A stretch of DNA of 48,785 nt from an uncultured Candidatus Saccharibacteria bacterium (GCA_964406145.1 CAYOQP010000003.1:29663-78447), one strand, 5' to 3'; positions 1-8,698 are shown, counted from the stretch's first letter. A program made the numbers and translations. The notes: a model not told the origin generated them from the sequence alone.

Positions 1-1071
1 GATAATCTTATTTGTTTCTAGCGAATTACAATTAACACCACCACCGTTTTCTTTGATGAATCTGGCCGGAGAAGAGTAATCCGGCCCATGGAAAAACACT
101 GGGCAGCCAGCGGCAAAGTAGGAAGAAAGCTTGCTAGGAAAACTGGTTCTGGCAATAATCTCAAACTTTTGATCAAACCAGTATGGACAATAACAGACAT
201 CCATTTTTGAGACTAATTTAATTAAACTTTCCTGATCCATGTAGCCATGTTTAATAATGGGCCAACTCTTTGGATATTTAACATGTTTAAAGTTCCCGAT
301 GAGATTGATTTTTAGTTTTCTGCCACCGAATATCCAGCCTTTATCTTGAAAAGCTTTGATGAATGCGTTCCATTCTTCAGTCGCATAAATTTGACCGGCA
401 ATTACTACGTTCAATTCCTTACTATCAAAGTTGCCAGCCGTATTGAGAGCAATCTCTTTTTTAAGACTTGGAACCAAAACAACGGTTCGTGTATTCTTGT
501 AATCTTTATTACAATCAACTTCCATGGCCCAAGACGCAACGGCACAAACCTTGCTACTCAATATCATTTCGTCAAACTTAGCTAATAGTCTTTTCTGAAT
601 TGATTGATCGAATCCTGAATTAATTATTACCCATTTCGGGGCATCCCAAATCTGAGTTACAAGTGGAACCCGCAAACGATCTGCGATTTTTTTTGCTGAA
701 ATGATTGTCGTCTTTCCTTGGATGACCGCCCAAACACAATCGACTTTGTTCTTTTCGCCAAAATCAACTGCGCTTTTTACAACAAAGAGATTTACATAGA
801 TATCCTTGATATACTCTAAAAAATGATTTATCAAACTCGCAAACGGCCAGTCTGTTGGGAAAAGCATTCTTTCTATCGGTCTAAAAACATTCTTGTAAGG
901 AATTTGTTTTAATCTTGAAGAAATATGGATATTGAGGGCGGGATCATTAACTGCAAAACAAAATATTTTATGTTCAGTTTGTTCGCATATTATTTCGCAC
1001 ATCTGTTGCAACATCAAAGTTCCTGAGTGGTTCTCATTCGGAGGAGCAGGTGTATAAAGTAAAATGTTCAT
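1..1071 (-). CDS. Glycosyltransferase, GT-B fold family 1/4-like; C-terminus lies beyond the window edge; absent from the supplied ORF track
   Basis: Hand translation of the minus strand from ATG (revcomp of 1069..1071; AAGGAG 13 nt upstream) gives 357 codons with no stop down to position 1. It starts MNILLYTPAPPNENHSGTLMLQQMCEII. The distal part, CYCPYWFDQKFEIIARTSFPSKLSSYFAAGCPVFFHGPDYSSPARFIKENGGGV, resembles the sugar-nucleotide-binding half of GT1/GT4 enzymes. Track ORFs 18..200 and 346..585 are shadows of it. Confidence 0.6.
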   Translation of the reverse strand, partial: MNILLYTPAPPNENHSGTLMLQQMCEIICEQTEHKIFCFAVNDPALNIHISSRLKQIPYKNVFRPIERMLFPTDWPFASLINHFLEYIKDIYVNLFVVKSAVDFGEKNKVDCVWAVIQGKTTIISAKKIADRLRVPLVTQIWDAPKWVIINSGFDQSIQKRLLAKFDEMILSSKVCAVASWAMEVDCNKDYKNTRTVVLVPSLKKEIALNTAGNFDSKELNVVIAGQIYATEEWNAFIKAFQDKGWIFGGRKLKINLIGNFKHVKYPKSWPIIKHGYMDQESLIKLVSKMDVCYCPYWFDQKFEIIARTSFPSKLSSYFAAGCPVFFHGPDYSSPARFIKENGGGVNCNSLETNKII

Positions 1072-1109
1072 CGTGATTAACAATCTCCTTTTATAGAAAT
1101 TATTCCAGT

Positions 1110-2321
1110 CTAAGACCAAGTGCTAGGGACCCCTATATATCCCGGAGTATTAATCCCATATGTTGCCAACAAAGAATCGTGAGGCTCTTTAAGCTCGAAA
1201 GTTATCCTCTTGGTTGGATCATGGAATATGACTCCTTTGCCAGGCGACACAACGGCCATGTGTATGGAATATCTGCCAGCCGTAAGTAACCTTCTGGGGC
1301 ACTTGCAGTTTAGAGTGATCTCCCCAACCTCAGGCTTATTAAACCTAGTGGAATTAATATCTGAAGTCCAATAGATAACTGAATCAAAAGAATCGAGGAT
1401 ACTAAAAGTTACATAAGCCCCGTCAATTATTTTTCTCGTTTTTACTTTTATTTCCAAGTTTATCTGACAGTTAGAATCTAACTCCTGATTATCTTTGTCA
1501 AATTCAGCAGAAGCTTCCATTATTTGCATCTCTTTATCTGCCTGATCATCAAAAGAAATCTTATAATTATTCTCGCTAGAAATTGTAGCGGAATATTGTT
1601 CGATTACTTCATCTGTTTTACCAAAGGCAACCATTTTGCCATCGGCGAGGAAGACGGTTTTGGCACAAAGGCTTTTTACCGCTGCCATATTATGGCTAAC
1701 AAAGATGACTGTGCGACCATTTTGTCCTACTTCTGACATTTTACCCATGCATTTCTTTTGGAATTGCGAATCGCCAACAGCTAAGACTTCATCAACTATT
1801 AGAATTTCTGGTTCGAGATGGGCAGCAACAGAAAAAGCAAGCCGAACATACATTCCACTTGAATAGCGCTTAACTGGGGTGTCAAGAAATTTCTCAATTT
1901 CAGAGAAGGCAACAATCTCATCAAATTTTCTTGCGATCTCTTTTCTGGTCATGCCAAGTATAGCGCCATTGAGATATATATTTTCTCTACCGGTAAGCTC
2001 AGGATTAAATCCCGTACCAACCTCCAGAAGAGAGGCCGCTCTTCCCCTCATGGTTATCTTGCCTGTTGTTGGTGGCGTAATTTGTGAAAGAATTTTCAAA
2101 AGAGTGCTTTTTCCAGCGCCATTTCTGCCAATAATTCCGACGGTTTCCCCTTTCTCTATTTTGAGACTAACGTCTCTCAAAGCCCAAAATTCTTCCTTTT
2201 TGACTTTGTTTTTAAACGAGAAAATATTTGAGAGTTGATCCCGAAGAGAGAGATACGACTCTTGATGTCCTATTAAATATCTCTTGCTTACATTTTCTAT
2301 ATTGATTATTGGTTCCGTCAT
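1110..2321 (-). CDS. Polysaccharide/teichoic-acid-type ABC exporter ATP-binding protein (Wzt/TagH-like) with ~150-aa C-terminal extension
   Basis: Walker A GRNGAGKST, signature YSSGM, Walker B ILIVDEVL. A beta-rich C-terminal domain follows the NBD, as in Wzt proteins. The start overlaps the upstream permease stop by 1 nt (TAATG on the minus strand). Confidence 0.85.
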   Translation of the reverse strand: MTEPIINIENVSKRYLIGHQESYLSLRDQLSNIFSFKNKVKKEEFWALRDVSLKIEKGETVGIIGRNGAGKSTLLKILSQITPPTTGKITMRGRAASLLEVGTGFNPELTGRENIYLNGAILGMTRKEIARKFDEIVAFSEIEKFLDTPVKRYSSGMYVRLAFSVAAHLEPEILIVDEVLAVGDSQFQKKCMGKMSEVGQNGRTVIFVSHNMAAVKSLCAKTVFLADGKMVAFGKTDEVIEQYSATISSENNYKISFDDQADKEMQIMEASAEFDKDNQELDSNCQINLEIKVKTRKIIDGAYVTFSILDSFDSVIYWTSDINSTRFNKPEVGEITLNCKCPRRLLTAGRYSIHMAVVSPGKGVIFHDPTKRITFELKEPHDSLLATYGINTPGYIGVPSTWS

Positions 2322-3169
2322 TATAATATATCCGCTATATATCTCTCTGTTTTTCTAAAATATGAAACTCCGCCGATAACCAAGAGAATGCTGATACCAA
2401 ATGAAACCAGAAGATGGGTCCAGTTTATTGTTCCATGACCGAGAAGTGCGGTTCTGGCGGTCTCAATCACTCCTGACATCGGATTGAGATAAATAATCCA
2501 CTGATATTTTGCCGGAATTAAGCTGACCGGATAAATAACAGGTGTCACAAAGAGCAAGATCTGGATGAAGAACGGCAGAGCATGACGGACATCACGATAT
2601 TTAACATTTACCGAAGTCAAAAAGATTCCCAATCCCCAAGCGCTTAACATTGATATAGAAACAAGAATCGGGATGAGTGCTAGTCCCAAAAGATTCGGTG
2701 TAAAGTGATAAAAGAACATTAGACCCACAAGAACAATAAGTGCGAGAACAAAGTCGACAATCGGCGTCACGACTGTAGATAGAGGCAAAAGCAATCTCGG
2801 AAAGTAAACTTTTTTGACTATGCTTTCATTTAATATTAGCGAATCGCTAGTATTTACCAAAGCAACAGAGAAATAATTCCAGAGGAGAAGACCGGTATAG
2901 ACAAATATTGGGTATGGGATACCATCTGATGGCATCTGAGCTAGTCTGCCGAAGAAAACAGTAAAGATGAGCATCGTCAAAAGTGGCTGGAATATCGCCC
3001 AGACCACACCAATAGCGGTCTGCTTGTAGCGGACTTTTACGTCGCGCCAAACAAAAATATAAAGAAGATCACGGAAACGCCAAATCTCGGGCAGGTTTAG
3101 GCTGACTAAGCCCTTTGGCGGAGTTATTTCATACTTAATTTTAGTATCAGATGGATCTGAATGCTGCAT
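2321..3169 (-). CDS. ABC-2 type polysaccharide exporter permease (Wzm/TagG-like)
   Basis: 282 aa with about 6 hydrophobic helices. The N-terminal WRFRDLLYIFVWRDVKVRYKQTAIGVVWAI motif is typical of ABC-2 permeases. It is translationally coupled to the ATPase gene. Confidence 0.8.
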   Translation of the reverse strand: MQHSDPSDTKIKYEITPPKGLVSLNLPEIWRFRDLLYIFVWRDVKVRYKQTAIGVVWAIFQPLLTMLIFTVFFGRLAQMPSDGIPYPIFVYTGLLLWNYFSVALVNTSDSLILNESIVKKVYFPRLLLPLSTVVTPIVDFVLALIVLVGLMFFYHFTPNLLGLALIPILVSISMLSAWGLGIFLTSVNVKYRDVRHALPFFIQILLFVTPVIYPVSLIPAKYQWIIYLNPMSGVIETARTALLGHGTINWTHLLVSFGISILLVIGGVSYFRKTERYIADIL

Positions 3170-3265
3170 AAGAAGTTGCTATTTAAAACACAAAAACTTA
3201 AGATTTCTTTTACACGAACATAATACCCCAAAATGAGCGCGAAAAGCAACTAGCGACGAGGGAAA

Positions 3266-3709
3266 CTACTTCTTATAAGTCCAAAATTTGTTCGCAAAAA
3301 AGTTCCAGACTATTGCCGCACCGGAAGCAAGAACAAGTGGCAGGAGATCACGATTAAAAATTTCAATTTGCAGATCTTTGGCTGCGATTGCATAAACTAA
3401 GACATTTAATCCCCAACCAACCAATGAAACAAGGAAGAACTTGCCAAAAACCGTGGATTTGTTTTCTTTGACCTTTTGATATTCTTTCTTGAAAGTCCAA
3501 ATGGTATTCCAGATATAAGAATTAAGCATAGCAACTATAAATGATATTGCCTTGGCGATTGAAGAAAAATCAGACAGAAATGTATTGATCAAGACATAGA
3601 AGACAACCCAGTCTACACCAGTGTTAGCAACTCCAACTATGCCGAACTTCACAAACTGAAAAAGCCCAGGATATTTTTTACTAAATTTTGAAACAATTTC
3701 ACTAAACAC
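3266..3709 (-). CDS. GtrA-family membrane protein
   Basis: 147 aa with 4 helices. FVKFGIVGVANTGVDWVVFYVL at the N-terminus and NFFANKFWTYKK at the C-terminus are typical of the GtrA family. Confidence 0.7.
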   Translation of the reverse strand: MFSEIVSKFSKKYPGLFQFVKFGIVGVANTGVDWVVFYVLINTFLSDFSSIAKAISFIVAMLNSYIWNTIWTFKKEYQKVKENKSTVFGKFFLVSLVGWGLNVLVYAIAAKDLQIEIFNRDLLPLVLASGAAIVWNFFANKFWTYKK

Positions 3710-3758
3710 TTTCCTCCTTTTCTTGTATTATAGAACAATTTTAATTATTGGTCGAGGT

Positions 3759-3787
3759 TTGACGTAAAATTAATTCATAGATAGAAT
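3759..3787 (+). promoter_or_regulatory. Sigma70-like promoter candidate TTGACG-17 nt-TAGAAT
   Basis: TTGACG at 3759..3764, a 17-nt spacer, then TAGAAT at 3782..3787. It lies about 25 nt upstream of the AGGAGG and ATG of the next gene. Confidence 0.35.
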
Positions 3788-3812
3788 GTAGTAGAAAAGA
3801 TAAAATAGGAGG

Positions 3813-4469
3813 ATGATGTTGGACGTTAATATTGAGAAAATTTTGCCAGTGACCGAGGTGCGTGATTCACTGAATAAGATCATCGACGAAGTCGAAAGCA
3901 CAGATGAGCTCTATGTTGTAACAAAAAATGGTAAACCGTCAGCTATTATTGTTGGCGTTCATCATTTAGAAAAATTAACAGGTATTAATCACAAGGAGAT
4001 TATGGCAGACGACAACGCAACAAGCCAAACGGGCGGCATTACTAGCGATACTGCTAGTAGCGTTTCAGATCCAGCGACAACTAGTGTCACTACCCCCGCA
4101 GACACATCAATGGCACCGGCTGACACAACTATGCCTGCAGCTGCTCCAGCTACAGCAGTAGAACCAGCTCCAGCTCAAGACTTGGCGATGCCAGCGCCCA
4201 CGACTCCAGTTATGCCAGAAGCAACAAACGGTAGCTCATTTGCACCGATCGGTCAGGACTCAGCGACGGAAGCACCTGCAGCAGAGACAGCCGGAACTGA
4301 CGCTCCAGTTGATGCCGCCGATGATATCTTCGGTCCAGTCGACGAACCAGAGATTTCTGCTCCAGCCGGAACTGACGCTCCAGCGACACCTCCTCCAGCT
4401 CCAGCAATGCCAGCACCGGAGACGCCTGCAGATGATTCACAAGCAACACCACCAGCGACTCAAGTCTAG
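3813..4469 (+). CDS. Phd/YefM-type antitoxin-fold N-domain (~60 aa) fused to a ~150-aa Pro/Ala/Thr/Asp-rich low-complexity tail
   Basis: The N-terminus ILPVTEVRDSLNKIIDEVESTDELYVVTKNGKPSAIIVGVHHLEKL matches the Phd/YefM pattern. The rest is PAT-rich with repeated AGTDAP. AGGAGG lies at 3807..3812, so the true start may be the second ATG (3816). Confidence 0.6.
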   Translation: MMLDVNIEKILPVTEVRDSLNKIIDEVESTDELYVVTKNGKPSAIIVGVHHLEKLTGINHKEIMADDNATSQTGGITSDTASSVSDPATTSVTTPADTSMAPADTTMPAAAPATAVEPAPAQDLAMPAPTTPVMPEATNGSSFAPIGQDSATEAPAAETAGTDAPVDAADDIFGPVDEPEISAPAGTDAPATPPPAPAMPAPETPADDSQATPPATQV

Positions 4470-4477
4470 TTAAAGAT

Positions 4478-4515
4478 AAAAAAAATCGCCCTGACTTTCT
4501 CGGGGCGATTTTTTA
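4478..4515. terminator. Bidirectional rho-independent terminator between convergent genes
   Basis: An A-tract, the stem AATCGCCC (4484..4491) paired with GGGCGATT (4503..4510), then a T-tract. The shape is usable on both strands. Confidence 0.6.
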
Positions 4516-5133
4516 TTTCTCTTTTGAGTGTTTGATGTGCCGCAAAATATATAGAACTATCAAAATTACGAGAGTTACCAATATCGCCATATCAAAGTTG
4601 TGCAACTTCTCTCTGATCAATTCCCAATTGCCGCCCATTTTCACTCCGAGCCAAGCAAATAAGATACACCAAGGTAAGGCGCCAAGAAAAGTATAGATGC
4701 TAAACTTCTTTAGATCCATCCGAGCAATGCCAGCTGGAAAAGAAATATATGTTCGAACCACAGGCAAAAGTCGGCCAAAGAAAACTATCTCGTCGCCGAA
4801 CTTTGCGAACCACTTGTCAGCCAGATTGAGATCGTGTTTGGAAATAAGGATATAACGACCATATTTCTCAATCAAGGGACGACCACCTTTGGCGCCGATC
4901 CAATAAGCCAACAATGACCCAACCAGATTGCCAAGAGTCGCAATAATAACAACTGGCCAGAAAAGCAGACTGCCATCAGCAATCAGAAAACCAGAAAATG
5001 GCATAATAACCTCTGAAGGCATGGGGATTCCACAGCTTTCGACAAGCATCAGGCCGAAAATACCGCTGTAACCCAAGTGGCGGATAGTCTCAACAACAAA
5101 GTTAGCCAGAATATCAATAATTGAAGTAATCAT
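4513..5133 (-). CDS. DedA/SNARE-associated family membrane protein
   Basis: FGLMLVESCGIPMPSEVIMPFSGFL and the FFGRLLPVVRTYISFPAG motif are typical of DedA proteins. Confidence 0.8.
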   Translation of the reverse strand: MITSIIDILANFVVETIRHLGYSGIFGLMLVESCGIPMPSEVIMPFSGFLIADGSLLFWPVVIIATLGNLVGSLLAYWIGAKGGRPLIEKYGRYILISKHDLNLADKWFAKFGDEIVFFGRLLPVVRTYISFPAGIARMDLKKFSIYTFLGALPWCILFAWLGVKMGGNWELIREKLHNFDMAILVTLVILIVLYILRHIKHSKEK

Positions 5134-5175
5134 ATAATAGAGTAATTATATTAGTTTTTTTTATTTTTTTAAAGG

Positions 5176-6297
5176 TTAGAGAAGTTTCATGTTGGAATCA
5201 ACTTTGACATCTCGCCAGCCAGAAACCTTACCTCTTTTAATATGATAAAACGCGGCCAAACCGATCATCGCCGCGTTATCCCCAGATAGGCCACGACCAG
5301 GAGTCAGAAGTTGTAATTGGCCGTCAATATTTTTGATTTCTTCTTCGACTCTTTGCCCCAGATATTTATTAGCTGAGACGCCACCAACAAAAATTACTCT
5401 TTTGGGATTGAGCTTTTCGACTGCTTTTGCAGTCTTATAAGCCAAAACATCGCCGACTGCCTCTTCGAAAGCGGCGGCGATTTTTTCTTTAGTTTTTTGA
5501 TCAATCTGATCTGTATTTTCTAGATTACCAGTCGCTAAAATGTCTTTAACTTTTTGTAACACTGCAGTTTTGAGGCCAGAAAGGGAAAAATTAAAAGTCT
5601 TGTCCTTGATAATTGGCCTGGGGAAAGAAAAATCGACGTTTTGACCACTATCGCGATATTTTTGTGCCATTTTGGAAATAATCGGACCCCCGGGATAGCC
5701 GAGACCCAATAGACTTGCGACCTTGTCATAGGCCTCACCAACAGCATCATCGAGAGTCTGTCCAATTGTCTCGTATTCGCCATGACTCTTCATTAATATC
5801 AGCGACGTGTGACCACCAGAAACAGTCAAAGCCAGAATTGGAAAGTCGAAACCCTGTTTATCCGAAAAGGCCGAATAAATATGACCTTCAATATGATTGA
5901 TTGGCACAATCGGTTTGTCAAAAGCATAGGCAATAGTCTTGGCCGCATTAAAACCAACCAGTAGAGATCCGATCAACCCGGGACCAGCCGTGACAGCAAC
6001 GTGTGTTACATTGTTTCTTAATATTTCGCGCGCCAAATCGTAATTAACCTCTTTGTTTTCAGCCAAAGAGCTCAAGACAACTGGGACTATTGCCTCCATA
6101 TGAGCTCGAGAGGCTACTTCAGGGACAACACCTCCGGTTATTCTGTGTAGATCTATTTGAGAACTAATAATGTTTGAGATAATTTTAGGCGAATCATTCT
6201 CTTCGACAATCAAAGAAGCGGCTGTCTCGTCACAACTTGTTTCAATAGCTAAAATTTTTATTGGTTTTTTGTCCATGGTCTCGCATTGTTTTACCAT
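5176..6297 (-). CDS. tsaD: tRNA N6-adenosine threonylcarbamoyltransferase TsaD (Kae1/Gcp family)
   Basis: ILAIETSCDETAASL, HMEAIVPV, NHIEGHIYS and GGVSAN motifs. The true start may be the internal Met at 6276 (MDKKPIKILAIETS). Confidence 0.9.
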   Translation of the reverse strand: MVKQCETMDKKPIKILAIETSCDETAASLIVEENDSPKIISNIISSQIDLHRITGGVVPEVASRAHMEAIVPVVLSSLAENKEVNYDLAREILRNNVTHVAVTAGPGLIGSLLVGFNAAKTIAYAFDKPIVPINHIEGHIYSAFSDKQGFDFPILALTVSGGHTSLILMKSHGEYETIGQTLDDAVGEAYDKVASLLGLGYPGGPIISKMAQKYRDSGQNVDFSFPRPIIKDKTFNFSLSGLKTAVLQKVKDILATGNLENTDQIDQKTKEKIAAAFEEAVGDVLAYKTAKAVEKLNPKRVIFVGGVSANKYLGQRVEEEIKNIDGQLQLLTPGRGLSGDNAAMIGLAAFYHIKRGKVSGWRDVKVDSNMKLL

Positions 6298-6347
6298 TTT
6301 TGACCACTTTATTCAATTGGAAAGTTCTCGTAATTTTGATAAAACGA

Positions 6348-6356
6348 TGCTAAAAT
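6348..6356 (+). promoter_or_regulatory. Extended -10 element TGCTAAAAT placed 6 nt before the ATG (leaderless-type arrangement)
   Basis: TGCTAAAAT lies at 6348..6356 and the ATG at 6363. No Shine-Dalgarno sequence lies between them. An identical 9-mer with identical spacing occurs at 10931..10939. Confidence 0.4.
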
Positions 6357-6362
6357 TGTCAT

Positions 6363-7292
6363 ATGAATAATATTTTTCAGTCAAAAGAGTGGGAAGAATT
6401 CAAATTGTCTACCGGTTATAAAAAATCTTACCGTGTAAAAAATATTTTAGTTCTGGAGAAATCTTTACCACTACGACAATCGATGCTTTACTCACCGATG
6501 GTCTCGGCCGATTTGTTGTCTAATATTAAAGAAAAAGGCTTTTTGTCAGAGATTGAAGAAATCGCCCAAAAATCTAATTCAATATTTTATCGCTTGGAGC
6601 TCGATATCTCAACTACTTTCTCTGGAGTTAATCCAAATAAACTTGGCTTTATTAAGGCCTTCGAAGAAATGCAACCGGAGCACACTCTGGTCCTTGATTT
6701 GACTGAAAAAGAAGAAAAAATATTAGCCCAAATGAAACAAAAGGGTCGCTACAATATCAAAATTGCCGAAAGAGAAGGTATATTTTTGGAGAGTTCAGAT
6801 AGCATCGGAGCACAGCTTGATGACTTCTATAGACTTTATTCTGAAACCGGCAAAAGACACAAGATCACCTATCGAGCCAAAAGCTACTTTAATTCCCTAC
6901 TTGAAATCCTATCTAAAAGTGGCTATGCTCGGGTCTACACGGCCTACTTTAAAAATAAAGGCAAAAAAACAGCCCTAGCCTCCGCTATTATCGTCTACTC
7001 TGGCAAGAAAGCTATATATATGTTTGGCTCATCAAGTGATGAATACAAAAACATGATGGCACCATATAAGCTTCATTGGGAGATAATTAAAGAAGCGAAA
7101 GAGGCCGGATTTGAAACTTACGATTTCTTTGGAATCGCTCCAAACGAAGATCAAAATCACCCTTGGGCCGGAGTGACAAGGTTCAAAAAACAATTTGGTG
7201 GCAATCAAGTTGATATATTTGGTGGCTATGATTACATTTTTAATCCAATCAAATTTAAATTATTTAAAATAGCGGAAAAGATACGTAGATGA
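6363..7292 (+). CDS. FemAB-family peptidoglycan aminoacyltransferase (FemX-like)
   Basis: 309 aa. KGRYNIKIAEREGI and AIYMFGSSSDEYKNMMAPYKLHWEIIKEAKEAGFETYDFFGI fit the FemAB fold pattern. An ATGA overlap couples it to murE. Confidence 0.8.
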   Translation: MNNIFQSKEWEEFKLSTGYKKSYRVKNILVLEKSLPLRQSMLYSPMVSADLLSNIKEKGFLSEIEEIAQKSNSIFYRLELDISTTFSGVNPNKLGFIKAFEEMQPEHTLVLDLTEKEEKILAQMKQKGRYNIKIAEREGIFLESSDSIGAQLDDFYRLYSETGKRHKITYRAKSYFNSLLEILSKSGYARVYTAYFKNKGKKTALASAIIVYSGKKAIYMFGSSSDEYKNMMAPYKLHWEIIKEAKEAGFETYDFFGIAPNEDQNHPWAGVTRFKKQFGGNQVDIFGGYDYIFNPIKFKLFKIAEKIRR

Positions 7293-8629
7293 AAAGATTT
7301 ATTTCCAAACTAGTCTCGCAAAAAGCCAAAAACGAGCTTCACAAACTTGAAGCACGTGCTGCCATAATCAAGAATGGCTCACCAGCCAAAAAGATTAAGG
7401 TCATCGGCGTGACTGGCACAAAGGGCAAAACGACAACATGCAATATGATTGCGGCGGTCCTTGATGCGAATGGTATTAAAAATGCCATGGAGACGACAAT
7501 CAATACCAAGATAGGCAAAGAAGTTGTCAATCACACAACAAAATCACGCTGGGTCACGACTCCTCCAGCTCCAGTGATTCAGTCTTTTCTTAAAAAAGCT
7601 GTCAAAGCTGGTTGTGAATATGCTGTTTTGGAAACAAGCTCTCAAGCCATAGATCAAAATAGGATTTTCGGAATCAAATATGACACTGTAGTTTTTACCA
7701 ATCTGACTCAAGAACACCTCGAGTATCACAAGACAAAGGAGAACTATCTCAACGCGAAACTAAAACTCTTTAAGGACAATCCTCAGGCCAAATTTGTTAT
7801 CAATGCCGACGACCCAAACTGGAACAAATTTCACTCTTTGCCATCTAGCGAGAAATTCCTCTACTCTGTTAAGAAACCAGTCGATCACGGGGCAACTGCT
7901 CGCAAGATATTAACTTCTCCAGAAGGCGTAACATTTACTATAGTTCACGACGAAGGACAGGTTACGGCCGAGCTTAATTTGCCAGGAATTTTTAATGTTC
8001 AAAATGCTTTAGCCGCTTTTTCTGTCGGTCTAGCCTTGAATCTTGATCCGGAAAAAATTAAGGCCGGACTAGAAGGAATTACGCTTGTGGCAGGCCGAAT
8101 GGAGCAGATCAGAGTCTCCAAAAAACAGGATTTCACCGTCATAGTTGACTATGCTCACAATCCTGATTCACTTAAGAATGTTTATGAGACCGTACAGGAC
8201 GGTATGAAAAATACCGGCGGTAGACTCATTGCTGTTCTTGGCGCCACTGGCCGCAGAGACAAAACCAAGAGACCGATAATGGGAGCACTGGCCGGACATT
8301 ACGCCGACTTGGTTATCTTTACCAATGAAGATCCTTATGACGAAGATCCAACAGCAATTATGGAAGAAACCGCAGAAGGCATCCATCGCGGTGGCACAGA
8401 GAAACATCAGTGGAGACTAAACCGCAATTATTGGAAAGTTCTTGACCGAACTCAGGCCATTCATAAAGCGATTAAGGAAGCTAAGAAAAACGACGTCGTG
8501 CTTATAACCGGCAAAGGTGCCGAAGAGGTAATGGCAGTTGGTGAGAATAAATTCATTCCATTTTCCGACAGAGAGATAGCCAAAAGTGAGCTTCGAGCCA
8601 AGCTTGGACCCGGCAAGATCGAACAATAA
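7289..8629 (+). CDS. murE: Mur ligase, MurE-type (UDP-MurNAc-L-Ala-D-Glu:diamino-acid ligase)
   Basis: The P-loop VIGVTGTKGKTTT, the motifs VLETSSQA and DYAHNPDSL, and a C-terminal TGKG.E motif. Length and domain order fit MurE. Substrate specificity is not determinable by eye. Confidence 0.8.
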   Translation: MKRFISKLVSQKAKNELHKLEARAAIIKNGSPAKKIKVIGVTGTKGKTTTCNMIAAVLDANGIKNAMETTINTKIGKEVVNHTTKSRWVTTPPAPVIQSFLKKAVKAGCEYAVLETSSQAIDQNRIFGIKYDTVVFTNLTQEHLEYHKTKENYLNAKLKLFKDNPQAKFVINADDPNWNKFHSLPSSEKFLYSVKKPVDHGATARKILTSPEGVTFTIVHDEGQVTAELNLPGIFNVQNALAAFSVGLALNLDPEKIKAGLEGITLVAGRMEQIRVSKKQDFTVIVDYAHNPDSLKNVYETVQDGMKNTGGRLIAVLGATGRRDKTKRPIMGALAGHYADLVIFTNEDPYDEDPTAIMEETAEGIHRGGTEKHQWRLNRNYWKVLDRTQAIHKAIKEAKKNDVVLITGKGAEEVMAVGENKFIPFSDREIAKSELRAKLGPGKIEQ

Positions 8630-8651
8630 AAACATACTATATCTACATACG

Positions 8652-8698
8652 ATACCACGATTAGAAAGCTTTACCTCTTGACAAATCGTGGTATTTTT
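8652..8698 (+). terminator. Hairpin plus T-tract after murE (11-bp perfect stem, 21-nt loop)
   Basis: ATACCACGATT (8652..8662) pairs with AATCGTGGTAT (8684..8694) and is followed by TTTT. The large loop lowers confidence. Confidence 0.45.

Noticed and set aside
18-585. Track ORFs 18..200 (-) and 346..585 (+) at the left edge
   Set aside because: Both lie inside the 357-codon open frame running from 1071 to the window edge on the minus strand. That frame has a start context and a glycosyltransferase-like sequence. The 60-aa and 79-aa ORFs are off-frame or antisense shadows.
1524-2238. Three plus-strand ORFs (70, 76 and 119 aa) inside the Wzt-like gene
   Set aside because: They are antisense to a gene with unambiguous ABC ATPase motifs. 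They have no start context and low-complexity translations.
3231-3243. 13-nt match AAAATGAGCGCGA shared with the rpmH terminator region (42030..42042)
   Set aside because: Matches of this length are expected by chance many times in a 49-kb window on two strands. There is no flanking similarity.
4210-4473. ORFs 4210..4452 (-) and 4240..4473 (+) overlapping the Pro/Ala/Thr-rich tail
   Set aside because: GC-rich, repetitive codon composition keeps alternative frames open. The translations are Leu/Arg/Gln-rich nonsense typical of shadow frames.
4513-5133. DedA gene as the toxin partner of the Phd/YefM-like gene
   Set aside because: It is on the opposite strand and convergent, and belongs to a well-known membrane protein family unrelated to Doc, YoeB or RelE toxins.
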